Assembly: GCA_964057225.1 (NCBI GenBank)
Contig: OZ059898.1
Location: 6,324,001 to 6,388,000, forward strand
Direction: 5' to 3'
Source: Auanema rhodensis
Taxonomy: Eukaryota > Animalia > Nematoda
DNA length: 64,000 nt
The notes under the pieces are model-generated. The model saw only the letters and a list, made by a program, of their open reading frames with translations. It was not told the DNA's origin and did no database searches. How positions within the stretch are numbered: the first letter of the stretch is position 1; each line of letters begins with the position of its first letter. A program made the translations under genes and the position numbers. Shown piece by piece: positions 1 to 13,916 of the stretch.

Positions 1-3000
1 CCAGGTAGTGGAACAACCACTTCTCTTGGAGATTCAGAATCTACGACAACTTCCAATGCTTCTGAAGTCTCAAATTCAAGCAGTGTCACAACCACTTCCC
101 CTAGAGCTTCAGAATCCACAAAATCTTCCGATGATTCCGAATTGTCGACTCCAAGCAGTGTCACAACCAGTTTGCCTGGAGCTTCAGAATCTGCAAAGCC
201 TTCTGATGAAACTAAAACAACCTTTCATCCAAAACATCTGAGTTTTTCGAGAGTTCCTGATGAAAAATCAACCACACCAACTGAGAACATCGTAACAGCC
301 ATATCCCACATGATTTCGAACGTTTTCTCGACTACTCCAAGTGCTCCAACAACACGAATGGAGGATGTTATGGGATTGGAGATCATGAATCCCAATAAGT
401 TTTCCCAAAATCCGAAATTCGTAGCGAAAACAACCACAGCTTCTGCCAAATCTGTCCTAGACTCTTCTACCCTTCCATCTTCTTCTGAAGTTTCAATTAC
501 TGAAGATTCTGGTGAAGAGCCGACTACTGTGATGGAGGATAAGATGGGCTTGGAAATTATGATTCCACGAAGACCAAATGTAAAATCAACCTTAGGGCCA
601 CAGCTTACTTCCTCTTCAGCAAATCCGAGCGATACTGTTTCTGCTTCATCTACTTCAGTAACTCCTGAAGGTGAAAGCACTGTCTCAGTTTCATCCGGCT
701 CATCAACTACTCCAGGTTCTGAATCTAATATTCCAACATCTACCGGAGCTTCAGTAACCCCTGGAGATGAAAGCCCTGTCTCAACTTCAACTGGAGCATC
801 AACTACTCCAGGTTCTGAATCTAATATTCCAACATCTACTGGAGCTTCAGTAACTCCTGGAGATGAAAGTACTGTCTCAACTTCAACTGTAACTTCAACC
901 AAGTCTGTTGTTGAAGCCTCGACTCCAACTTCTACTAGAGGTTCCGGAGAAGAGCTAACTACCGTAATGGAGGATAAGATGGGTTTGGAGATTATGAATC
1001 CACGAGGAACACAGGTGACATTCTCATCAAAACCGACATTCTCTGGTGATGTAGCATCCACTTCTTCTCCAACCGGAGTACAAACTACTGGAGATGCTGG
1101 AATCAGCTCATCATCACCACCTAGAGGTTCAACAGCTCCTGGTGATGTAGCATCTACTTCTTCTCCAACTGGAGTACAAACTACTGGAGATGCTGGAATC
1201 AGCTCATCATCACCACCTAGAGGTTCAACAGCTCCTGGTGATGTAGCATCCACTTCTTCTCCATCTGGAGTACAAACTACTGGAGATGCTGGAATCAGCT
1301 CATCATCACCACCTAGAGGTTCAACAGCTCCTGGTGATGTAGCATCCACTTCTTCTCCATCTGGAGTACAAACTACTGGAGATGCTGGAATCAGCTCATC
1401 ATCACCACCTAGAGGTTCAACAGCTCCTGGTGATGTAGCATCCACTTCTTCTCCAACCGGAGTACAAACTACTGGAGATGCTGGAATCAGCTCATCATCA
1501 CCACCTAGAGGTTCAACAGCTCCTGGTGATGTAGCATCCACTTCTTCTCCAACCGGAGTACAAACTACTGGAGATGCTGGAATCAGCTCATCATCACCAC
1601 CTAGAGGTTCAACAGCTCCTGGTGATGTAGCATCCACTTCTTCTCCAACCGGAGTACAAACTACTGGAGATGCTGGAATCAGCTCATCATTACCTAGAGG
1701 TTCAACAGCTCCTGGTGATGTAGCATCCACTTCTTCTCCATCTGGAGTACAAACTACTGGAGTTGCTGGAATCAGCTCATCATCATCACCTAGAGGTTCA
1801 ACAGCTCCTGGTGATGTAGCGTCCACTTCTTCTCCAACTGGAGTACAAACTACTGGAGATGCTGGAATCAGCTCATCATCACCACCTAGAGGTTCAACAG
1901 CTCCTGGTGATGTAGCATCCACTTCTTCTCCATCCGGAGTACAAACTACTGGAGATGCTGGAATCAGCTCATCATTACCTAGAGGTTCAACAGCTCCTGG
2001 TGATGTAGCATCCACTTCTTCTCCATCTGGAGTACAAACTACTGGAGATGCTGGAATCAGCTCATCATCATCACCTAGAGGTTCAACAGCTCCTGGTGAT
2101 GTAGCGTCCACTTCTTCTCCAACTGGAGTACAAACTACTGGAGATGCTGGCATCAGCTCATCATCAGCACCTAGAGGTTCAACAGCTCCTGGTGATGTAG
2201 CATCCACTTCTTCTCCATCTGGTGTTCAAACTACTCGAGATGCTGGAATCAGCTTGTCATCCCCTGGAGGTTCAACAGCTCCTGGTGATGTAGCATCCAC
2301 TTCTTCTCCATCTGGAGTACAAACTACTGGAGATGCTGGAATCAGCTCATCATCATCACCTAGAGGTTCAACAGCTCCTGGTGATGTAGCATCCACTTCT
2401 TCTCCAACCGGAGTACAAACTACTGGAGATGCTGGAATCAGCTCATCATCATCACCTAGAGGTTCAACAGCTCCTGGTGATGTAGCATCCACTTCTTCTC
2501 CATCTGGTGTTCAAACTACTCGAGATGCTGGAATCAGCTTGTCATCCCCTGGAGGTTCAACAGCTCCTGGTGATGTAGCATCCACTTCTTCTCCAACCGG
2601 AGTACAAACTACTGGAGATGCTGGCATCAGCTCATCATCAGCACCTAGAGGTTCAACAGCTCCTGGTGATGTAGCATCCACTTCTTCTCCATCTGGTGTT
2701 CAAACTACTCGAGATGCTGGAATCAGCTTGTCATCCCCTGGAGGTTCAACAGCTCCTGGTGATGTAGCATCCACTTCTTCTCCATCTGGAGTACAAACTA
2801 CTGGAGATGCTGGAATCAGCTCATCATCATCACCTAGAGGTTCAACAGCTCCTGGTGATGTAGCATCCACTTCTTCTCCAACCGGAGTACAAACTACTGG
2901 AGATGCTGGAATCAGCTCATCATCATCACCTAGAGGTTCAACAACTCCTGGTGATGTAGCATCCACTTCTTCTCCAACCGGAGTACAAACTACTGGAGAT

Positions 3001-6000
3001 GTTGGAATCAGCTCATCATCATCACCTAGAGGTTCAACAGCTCCTGGTGATGTAGCATCTACTTCTTCTCCAACTGGAGTACAAACTACTGGAGATGCTG
3101 GAATCAGCTCATCATCACCACCTAGAGGTTCAACAGCTCCTGGTGATGTAGCATCCACTTCTTCTCCAAACGGAGTACAAACTACTGGAGATGCTGGAAT
3201 CAGCTCATCATCACCACCTAGAGGTTCAACAGCTCCTGGTGATGTAGCATCCACTTCTTCTCCAACCGGAGTACAAACTACTGGAGATGCTGGAATCAGC
3301 TCATCATCACCACCTAGAGGTTCAACAGCTCCTGGTGATGTAGCATCCACTTCTTCTCCAACCGGAGTACAAACTACTGGAGATGCTGGAATCAGCTCAT
3401 CATCACCACCTAGAGGTTCAACAGCTCCTGGTGATGTAGCATCCACTTCTTCTCCAACCGGAGTACAAACTACTGGAGATGTTGGAATCAGCTCATCATC
3501 ATCACCTAGAGGTTCAACAGCTCCTGGTGATGTAGCATCCACTTCTTCTCCAACCGGAGTACAAACTACTGGAGATGCTGGAATCAGCTCATCATCACCA
3601 CCTAGAGGTTCAACAGCTCCTGGTGATGTAGCATCCACTTCTTCTCCAACCGGAGTACAAACTACTGGAGATGCTGGAATCAGCTCATCATCACCACCTA
3701 GAGGTTCAACAGCTCCTGGTGATGTAGCATCCACTTCTTCTCCAACCGGAGTACAAACTACTGGAGATGCTGGAATCAGCTCATCATCACCACCTAGAGG
3801 TTCAACAGCTCCTGGTGATGTAGCATCCACTTCTTCTCCAACCGGAGTACAAACTACTGGAGATGCTGGAATCAGCTCATCATCACCACCTAGAGGTTCA
3901 ACAGCTCCTGGTGATGTAGCATCCACTTCTTCTCCAACCGGAGTACAAACTACTGGAGATGCTGGAATCAGCTCATCATCACCACCTAGAGGTTCAACAG
4001 CTCCTGGTGATGTAGTGACTGGAGATGGTGGAATCACATCATCCACTGTATCAGAAAACACAACTAATACCCCTGTTATAGTTGAAAGTACGGTATCATC
4101 CAATTTTGTTGTCATTTCCTCTAAAACAATTAAAGAATTTGAAACAACAACAACACATGATGGTACAACTAATACTGATATGCCAGTTGAAGTTGATATT
4201 GTGCAACAAATTGTCACCAAGTCTGGAAGACAACCTGATAGCTTTACTGCAAGCCCTTCGTCTAAATTTAAAATGCTTTTCTTAACTCCTGATGACAGTG
4301 ATGAAACTGAAGATTCTTCTCAAGAACAATTAGTAAAAACCAGTACTCCATCATCCTCGTTATTCCTAAAAATTAGAAAAGATCAAACGCTTTCTGGAAA
4401 ATCAACATCAACTACAATGACAACTCAATCAAAATCATTCACAAAATCATCTTCAGAAACTCATCTAACAACAAGAAATTCTAAATCTGTATCAGATGTA
4501 ACAACAACCACGAAGCCAAGTAATGAAGAGAATGTAACGCCTTTCTTCCGAAGTACAATGGCTTCATCAAGTCAAGAACCAGAACCAATTGTTGAAATTA
4601 TGTGGCCAGACATTTTAGAAACGGATGTTGTACAAGATATTAGTGTACCAACACCAGGTACATCAGTTCCAACTCAAAAGCCTATCAAGACAGCAACCTC
4701 TTCAACTATATCTATTGAAACCAAAAATTCACATAAGCCAAAGGATTCAAAACATAAACCAATATCAACCGTTGCACCAAAATTACAAAAACCAATTACT
4801 TCAAAATCAAAATTACCAAATATTATAGAAACAACAAAAACTCATAAATTGGTAATTTCGAAAGAATATCCAACATCAACTATGTTTACGCCTTTTCCAA
4901 TTGATACTAGCTTTACCAACTATTTGTCACCGCTTTTCACAACTGCACAATCACATATTAATGATGACACTGAGAGCACCTCCACAACACTAGATCCTCT
5001 TGCAGAAGATAATCCATATTTTCCAGCTCATACTACTTCACCTTCTAGTGATATTGAAGTTCACAACAATGAGTTCCACCGTGGTTCTCCCAAGTTGCCA
5101 CACGGAAAGTAAGTTCTTTCTTAAATTCGTTTAAAATTCATATAATCTCTGTTTAGATGTTCTGAAGAAGATCGCAGCCAATGTCATGAATTTGCTATTT
5201 GCCAAGTTTCCACCGGAACTTGTAGATGTAAAAATGGCTTTGAGGGTAATGGATATAACTTCTGCCGGTATGTTGCTTTCTTCAGTTTTCTAAATTATTT
5301 TTTTTTGTTTTCAGGCGAGTTGATGCTGTTGACTGTGTCGCTAATTCGTCTATCTGTCATGCATCCGCTTCATGTGATCGTCATAGTCGTCGCTGTCAAT
5401 GTCCAGCAGGACATATCGGTGATGGCATTCTCTGTTCACCAGATCCACAAGACTGTTTGTTGCGTGAAGACTTATGTTCTCCTGATGCTATTTGCGTCGG
5501 AAGACGTTGTCAATGTGTTGAAGGATTTACTGGTGATGGAGTCAAATGTGTATCTCTTCATCAGCGATCGGCTAACTGCTCAGAATGTGATGTTAATGCT
5601 CAGTGTAATCATGGAGTTTGTGAATGCAATGTAAGTACAATAATCTTAAATATCAAATATAATATCATTATCTTCAGAATGGATATTTCGGAAACGGTTT
5701 ATGCTGTGTACCAGATCCACGTGATTGTATTCATTTCCCTGGAGTCTGTCATCCATCTGCTACTTGTAACAACCAAACCCGTCAATGTGCATGTGATGAA
5801 GGATATCTTGGTGATGGAATTCAATGCTTCCCTCGCTTATCCTGCCGCACTGATCCATCTGTCTGTCATCGTAATGCTTTATGCTTACCATCCGGTCAAT
5901 GTATGTGCCAACATGGTTATGAAGGAAATGGCCATCATTGTGAAAAAAGTAAGAAAAATCTTCATTAACTATAGTTAAATAATTTATTTTTAGTCTCATC

Positions 6001-7705
6001 ATTAGCTATGCGTAGACCACAAGCTCTTGATTCACCAAATGCTTGTAACAACAAGTGTGATTCATCTTCCGAGACATGCACAAACGGATCTTGTCAATGT
6101 AAAAACGGTTTTGAACGTAAATCGGATAACAAGTGTTACGGTATGTGTTGAATAATTAGAAATAAAATTTGAATTCAATTAATTTTCAGATATAAACGAA
6201 TGTACTGATAGATCCGTATGCCATCATCTTGCTACTTGTCACAATCAGCCAGGATCATACCGTTGTGAATGTCCAGAAGGATACGTTGGAGACGGAAAAA
6301 TCTGTGTACAACATCTTCGTGTTGGAGAACTTTCAGGTAACTATTTTTGGTTTTTATTTAACCAATTAAACAAAATATTTTAGTTTTCTGTGAACCTGAT
6401 GGCATGACATTGGTTCTTGGAAATGAAACAGAATTATTCGAAGGACGTATCTTTGTACGTGGACAAGCTGAAAATCCTCACTGTTCTAAGATGTTCTCAT
6501 CTCTTCAACAGAATGTTAAACCATATACATTCAAAGTACCATTCGAACATTGTAATGTACATCTTGAGAATCATGTAAGTTATTTATATTTATAACTAAT
6601 ATTCATATAATTAATATAAATTATTTTAGGATACATTTGCTACTACTGTTATTGTTCAAAAACATCCAATGTTCATAACAACATCAGCTGATGCTTATGA
6701 TCTGAAGTGTACTTATCCTGTTGGCGTACGTGAAGTTGAATCTCATGTCAACGTATCAGAACTAGCTGCAACATCTACGTTATCTGATAAAACAGAAGGA
6801 CCATTATGCAAGATCAGTGTAATGAATGAGAAAGATGAATCGATTAATGCTGCTACTGTTGGCGAATCGTTACGTCTCCGATTAGAAGTATCACCCAATC
6901 AAACATATTCCATTCTACCAAGAAACTGCTTTGCCATTAACATTGAAACTGGTGAACGATACTCTTTAACTGATAAGGCTGGTTGTGCTATTGATGATCA
7001 GCTCTTCCCAGAATGGATTAGAGTTCGACCATCAGTGACTGAAGCTGTTTTCAAGTAAGTTCCTTTAATATTTCAAATTTTATATAATTATTTCTTTTTT
7101 CTTTCAGAACATTTAAATGGCCCGATAGCTCTATTATTCGATTCCAATGTGACTGTAGTGCTTGCGTTGGTGATTGTCCAGCCGTTGATTGTGGACGTCG
7201 CCGTGAAGCTGCTATGCGAAGATTCCGTTTCCGTCGTGCTCACTCAAATAACGATACTGAAGTGATTGAAACCGAAAAAGATGAAGAAGAAGAAAATCTT
7301 GATGCACAAGTAGTAACATCTCAACAGATGGCTTTCTCTTCTCTTGTCCAAGTACATGAAGGCGATGAACAAGTTCGTGCTCAAGAACAAGTAGAACATT
7401 GGCGTCGTGGAAGTAAGTTATCGTTTATTATAATTAATTAATATTCATATATGTATATCTTTATTAATTTTATTAATTTTTAATTATTTTCAGGCCCATC
7501 AAATGGAGTTGTGATGAAATCAACAGCTACCTTATCTGAATCCGTCTGCGTACGAACTATTCTTATAGTATTATCTGCTCTTAGTTCAGCATTCTGTCTT
7601 GGTTTCCTTATTATTCTTCTCATACTCCGTTGTCGTCGCCGTGATTCTCAAATTCCCAAAGATATATTATCAACTGATTCTCCTATTTCCGTTATCAGTT
7701 ATTAG
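1..7705 (+). CDS. fbn-1: Fibrillin-like apical ECM protein FBN-1 (5'-partial): Ser/Thr mucin region, EGF repeats, ZP domain, furin site, TM
   Basis: Frame is open from base 1. Manual exons: <1-5108, 5157-5267, 5315-5630, 5678-5948, 5994-6140, 6190-6336, 6384-6574, 6630-7054, 7108-7412, 7494-7705, all GT-AG. EGFs include CQCVEGFTGDGVKC and calcium-type DINEC. The ZP domain (FCEPDGMTLVLGNET..FEGRIFVRGQAENPHC...ILPRNCFAINIETGERY...TFKWPDSSIIRFQCDC) closely matches C. elegans FBN-1 as I recall it. RRFRFRR precedes the TM helix. Confidence 0.9.
661..900 (+). repeat. Older degenerate 96-bp coding repeat (~2.5 copies; STTPGSESNIPTSTGASVTPGDES)
   Basis: CCAGGTTCTGAATCTAATATTCC occurs at 712 and 808. 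Confidence 0.85.
1045..4014 (+). repeat. Coding tandem repeat: ~31 copies of a 96-bp (32 aa) unit, GDVASTSSPTGVQTTGDAGISSSSPPRGSTAP, with five 93-bp variants
   Basis: GGTGATGTAG recurs at 1045, 1141, 1237 ... 3910, 4006. Shorter units start at 1621, 1906, 2191, 2476 and 2665. Confidence 0.97.
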
Positions 7706-8665
7706 AGTTTCTAATTTAAATTAATATCAAATAACTTTTATAATATCTGACAACTTATTCAACAAACTTGACAACTTCTCCTAAAACTTAGACAAACTAA
7801 TATTTTTAATGTTATCTCATTTTGTTACATAAGGGTATAGCTAGCTTAACTATTTTTTATTTCAAATATCTTGTCATTACAGTAATCTCCATGATCTTTA
7901 TAATTCTATTTTATGTGTCTTCAAAGAAATTTGTGTTAAAATTTAATAATTCTATATAATTTATATTATATAGTTAGAATAGTTATATTGTGCTTGATGT
8001 ATTTCCTATATTCGACTTGATTTCATTCCTATCAGAGTATATCTATGTTTTGATCTTTCCAATTACCGCCTGGATTGTGCACACTAGATATATCTGTACA
8101 TTGGTCTCGGCTGGAAGTTTGCCATTAACTATAATTTACTCAGTTTGCGAAGCCAATTTGTTATATTTGGGAATTTTTCTTGTAAATTTAACAATTTGAT
8201 TTGTTTCCTTTCTTGTTTTTGTTCTAAGATTGCTTTCCTAGAGAAACTTCCCAATTTCTGTTGTATTGCCTAATAAAAATAAATAATTAAAAAGATTTAT
8301 TGAATAATTTGAAGAATCACATGCAATAATAATACTTATAGCTATACCAAATACAGTATACGCATACGAGGGGGGGGGAGTGTGAGGTACTGTAATATAC
8401 CGTACTCCCGCATCGGATATCCATATTCATAAATTAAGATTAAGGATATTCAAAATAAAATTTATATAAAATTTAAAAAAATAAGAGAATAAGTAAAGAA
8501 AAATAAAAATATATTGATTATAATATTTATTAAATAATATACATTAATGAGAACAATTGAATAAAAAATCAAAATATTGATACAAACATTGATTCCAAGA
8601 AGCACAAACTAATGAAACTAATATTAATGAATATATGTAAATAAATTATATTATATGTATACAAA

Positions 8666-10975
8666 TTAAAATATAAAATTAGATGGATAAAACCATTTGA
8701 AGATATTTCTTGCAAATTTAAATTGTTTCTTCTTATCATTTATATTTTGATTATCAGACCATTTATTCCATTTATGTGTTATTGCTGGAAATCTAAAACA
8801 AACAAGAAAAAAGATTAAAATATAATAATTAATATATAAAATACCTCCAGATTGTTGGTTGACCATAATGTGGAACATCATGACGTAATGGAGATATATC
8901 CCAATTGAATATTGGTGTTGGATTATTAGTTGGACCTGATATAGCAGTGAATTCAAATGATTCAACTAATTTTGAATTAGTTGCCTAAATCAAATAAAAT
9001 TTGAATTAATCATATGAATATACATATATACGAATAGTTAAAAGAATTACCTTCATATCTGTTGCTCCCATATCTATAAAGCCTCTGTCAGCAATTGGAT
9101 ATGTTCCATTTGGATCATTCAGTTCACTTCGAGCAGCTATTGCGCTTTCAGCTGAATACGGTGGATTGCATTCCGGACAACGTGAAAATTTGTCAGTTTT
9201 ATAGTTATTTGATCTCATTAATTGTATTAAAGTCCACATATCAACAACAAAATGATGATCTCTTCTGAATATATTTGCTCTTGGAGCATGATCATAACTA
9301 AAAAAAAAGTTTTTCTTTTCAAAACAGTAATCAAACTTTACCTATACCAATCACCAAATTCTTTTTGCATTTTAGCTGAACCACTTATTTTAAAAATATC
9401 TTGGAAATATCTGAAAAGAATAAGTTTAAAATATTAAAACAAAGTTTAACTAAAACTAACGGTCTGTTATAACTTGGCCAATAAGTTGTTTCAAATAATT
9501 GATGAGTTTTATCGTTTTGAACAATCATTCCTCTAAATAATAATTATGTTTTATTAATTATACGTATATAATTAAACTAACGGCATTTGTTCTAAAACAT
9601 ATAAAAGACCTAATGATTGAGTTTTTTCTCCTTTTTGAAATAATTTATAGTCTAATATGACAAATTGATTATTATATGTTCCACTATTATGCTTAGAAAA
9701 TGTTTTTGCCCAGAATGAGCCGTTTCCAGCAACACGAGTAGCAACCTAATATAATTATTTTGTAAAAAATAATTGATTAACAAATAAAAAACCTGAGTTC
9801 TCATAAACGTTGGTACACTTTCTGGGATCATTAATTTGTATAATTTTTCATCATGTACTTCTATTGTTGTTTCAAATATTGCCAATTTAGCCGAATTAAT
9901 TAGAAAATCATCAATAGAATTTACAGTTCCTAATATTAAAAAAAATAAATTTGTTATTCTTTTATAATATTTTTACCTGGATATCCACTAAAGCTGTATG
10001 TATGTCCTGGTTCCATGGTATGAAATGAGAATTTCTTTTGAATTCTTAACATACTTGAGTAAGTAAACCATGTTACATGTGAGAATAAAATATCAGAATA
10101 ATCAGGTAAAATCTTAATTTTTTTAAATAAAAATATAAAAATATTAATGTTAAACCTTAACAATAGCTGAACAATGTGTTCTACTTGTCTTAATTGGTCC
10201 ATCGTTCTTGCCAAACTTTTTCTCTAAATCCATAAAATCTCCAAGCCATTGTAATAAACTAAACAAAAACAAAGATAGATAAATATAAAATAAATATAAT
10301 TATACTAAATTGGATGAGAAACAATCTTTTCAACAGGTAAATTACGTCGTCTGGTTCCATCATAAGCATCCATAAGTCCATGAATTTGATTTAATGTTAA
10401 ATTAACCTTTAAATATAATAATTATATTTTTTTTTAAATTTAAATTACTTGTTGCCAATATGAATCAGAATGTTTCTCAATTTGATTTTTCATCCAAATA
10501 TAATTTTTTTGCAAGTGTTTTGCTAATCTTGCACAATACACACTGTTTCCTTTGCAATATGGATCAATCATATTTTGGATATGAAGTTTGATTAAGTTTC
10601 GAGTTGCATGTCCTTCAGCATATCCGGCATAATATCCTTGATCAGCTAAACTCATAGAATTTTCAATAATCTTTACATCCAGATATGCCCATCTATAAGT
10701 ATTTTAATTTAAAATATATAAATAATTATAATAAATTAACCCTGTTTTATTAATTTCATTATTATATGAAAGTTTAACTTTAGGCTTTTCACATGAATCT
10801 TCTTTCATATAATCAATAATTGATATATGATCATCATCCTTATTTACTGATTCACATAAAAGAATCTGAATCTTATTTATAATTTATTATTAAAATTTTA
10901 TAAAAAACTTACATTTTTTTCACAAAAAACATTTGAAATTATATAAAATAGCAGAAAGAATAATATTTTCTGCAT
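8666..10975 (-). CDS. Phospholipase B-like protein (PLBD1/PLBD2 family, Ntn-hydrolase), many short exons
   Basis: ATG at 10975 starts a signal peptide (MQKILFFLLFYIISNVFC). Motifs: GWAYLD, QGYYAGYAEG, HCSAIVK/ILPDYSDILFSHVTW (catalytic Cys after autocleavage), SFSGYPG, HNSGTYNNQ, LMRSNNYKTDKFSRCPECNPPYSAESAIAARSELN, GATDMK, AISGPT, HHGQP. Stop at 8666-8668. The terminal exon choice is less certain. Confidence 0.88.
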
Positions 10976-11761
10976 TTTTCTTTAAGACGGTCACTAGATG
11001 GTCAGTTCTGGATTGATATGATGTGATAATAAAAAGAAATAAAATGATAAAATGATAAAAATATAGATATGAAACATTATAAAATAAATAAATACATCAT
11101 CTTATCAATTGTAATCACAAAAACAATTGATTTTATAAGAAAAATAGAACAAAATTTTCAAGAAATAACTATTGAGAAGCTTTTGCTAAGAAATTATTTA
11201 AGATTCATGATATTGAAAGAATTTTCTTTTCATTTGAAATAAGTATTGTGTTGTTTATTATCGGTTAAAATACTTTTAGTATTACACAAACACCTTGACC
11301 TTTGTTCATATGATTGTAGTCTGGTCAACATGTTGAAAATTTTCTTTTTTTCTTCCGAAATATTTGAAAAGATAAAGCTTGAATAGAAACTTTATTAAAA
11401 CATATTGTATATTAAATTATAATATAATTATATATTATTATCATATAATTAATATAAAAACATGAATATCTATCTATCTATAGTATATTTCAGTATTTTT
11501 TATAAATAATTATGTAAATTTATAATAAATATTATAAATGAATTATAATATAATTATAATTTATTTTTCAGCTTATCTACACATATAAAAGAAATTCACG
11601 AAATTCCTCGTTAATTTCTTTTTATAGAGCGGCTTTGTTATTAAACAAACTTTTTATTTTATTTCTTCGCGATCTTGTATCTGAAATCAATTATAACAAC
11701 AAGGACGATATAGCAAAGTATTAAGAGACAGAGAGACACAAAAAAACGAAAAAAGAGGCAT

Positions 11762-11764
<3 letters not shown>

Positions 11765-11813
<49 letters not shown>
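11765..11813. repeat. (GA)n microsatellite
   Basis: Perfect dinucleotide run of ~24 units. Confidence 0.95.
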
Positions 11814-11820
<7 letters not shown>

Positions 11821-13862
11821 AAGAACTTTATATGTATATAGAGTTAGAAAGAGACCACTAGCCGGTTAGTTATTCTTTATGGTTTCACGCTTCTATTAGA
11901 CTACCCCCCCCCTCTCCCCATTTTTTTCTTTTTTTTTTCAGAATCAGATGGTTGAACGTCGAATAACCGACCAACTATTCCTTCTTCAGATATACAGGTC
12001 ACCGCCGCTAAAATTATTTTGATTGTTCGTTTGTTTGTCGATTATAGCCTTTCGATTACTTCAATAAACTACTAAATATGATGACTGTTGCTTGAAATTA
12101 TATTTTCAAAAATGATTTTTATAGAAACTTTAAAATATTTGAAAGCAAAACTAAAATTATTGATATTTCATTTGATATATAAATATTTTAATTAATTTGT
12201 TGCACTTTTTTTGATTAATGATCATTTTACATTATCTTGAAAATTAACTTTTTTTTTGTATATATTTAATATTTTTTTAAATTTTTATTGGAAATAATAA
12301 TAAATAAATAAAATGAGATAGAAAGGCTTGGGGGGAGGATATTCGAAAAACTTCAAATTGCATGTGTTTCATCGCAATTTATCTTAATTTCGTAATTATC
12401 CATTCATTTCACATGTTACATTATCCATTAATCTTCAATAATATTATTTTTTATTTATAAATATTCAAACTTCATTTCAACTTTTATTTCAAATATCAAA
12501 CTTTTTTTTGGAACTTGGGATTGTCCTCGTCTAAATGTCGGTGTATCTTTGAATTTTCCACAGTAATTTTTGTGAAAACTATCCGCCTTTACCTGAATGA
12601 CCTTAACATTTCTAAAAATCCATTTTTTATGAATTTCGATTCGAAGAACAATTTATTAATACTATTCATCATTCCGCTTTTATAAATGTAAAATCATAGC
12701 TTCATTGGCATTCAATTTTTTTTCTTTTTTTTTGGCACAATGACAACTTTCTTCTTTTTTTTCTTGAAGTTATATGAAGTTAATAATATATTTAAATAAA
12801 AAATTATTCATATATCACATATATATTTCATTAATTGTCAGAAAGAAACTATAATGCAACTATTTTTGGTAAAAAATTCGATTTTTTGTTTCAAAATTTT
12901 GAAAAAAGACTGTTTATCAGATAACTGTTTATATTTAAGTTGACTGCCTCGACTATAAGAGTCTATCAGATTTGGGACGATAGAAGAATTTTAGCAAAGC
13001 AGGTCAGATCCGGTTAATAATTGGTCTTTTGTTGATGCTTTTCAATATCCACAATAAGGTTAAGAAAGATCGGGTGTATTAAAAAGATAGAAAAGGCGAA
13101 AAAAAACAGTAAAAATGTTGTTTTTAAAAAAAAAACCTTGAATTAACCCAAAAGATTTAGAAAGTAAGTAATTCATACCAGATGAATGTATTCTATTGAA
13201 TTAAACTATTCATTAATTCATAAAAAAATATATTTTCATTCCTGTTTGACTAGAATATTTTGTGTGAAATGTGTTTACTTCAAGTAAGTTTTTGATGTTT
13301 CTTCAACAATTTAGATTTTCTTTTTTGAATTATAGCATTGTAAAAGATTCTTAAACTATCAATTGATTATTATAATCATAATCATATTAATAATAATTCT
13401 TTTACAAATTCTTAAGTTGTTTTATAAAAAAAAAAGAAAAGAAAGAGAACGTTGGAGAGAGTTAAATAAATCTTAAAAACTTATTTCTATTGAATAGGTG
13501 ATACCTATACATGGCTTGTTTACTGTATACCTAATGTTTTTTTGTATCACAAGAAACGGAAAAGTATTTCGTCTTCGAATAAACGGATGGGAGGTGAAAT
13601 AAAAATATGAAAGAGAGTGAGAGAGAGGGGCTAAAAGAGAGAGGGACTAGGAGAGAGAGAGAGAAAGAGAGAGTAAGAGAACGACAGAAAGTTTGTATGA
13701 AAAATGCTGGTCATTCTCTCGTTTCATATTTGTACATACATATGGTACACTAAACCAAAAAAAAAGAAAAAAATGAGAAGAAACGAGGAAACAGAACATC
13801 AAGAATATTAAAGAAATAAAGAAAAAGTGAGAGAGAGATAAAGAGAAAGAGTTAGATAAATG

Positions 13863-13863
13863 A

Positions 13864-13914
<51 letters not shown>
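13863..13914. repeat. (GA)n microsatellite
   Basis: Near-perfect run. Confidence 0.9.

Positions 13915-13916
<2 letters not shown>

Noticed and set aside
1045-4014. Regular repeat array resembling CRISPR or satellite DNA
   Set aside because: No unique spacers. All unit lengths are multiples of 3 within an open coding exon, and the context is eukaryotic.
225-4220. Long minus-strand ORFs (660, 88 and 506 aa)
   Set aside because: Antisense shadows of the fbn-1 tandem repeat. They are interrupted exactly where variant units add stops and have no splice or domain support.
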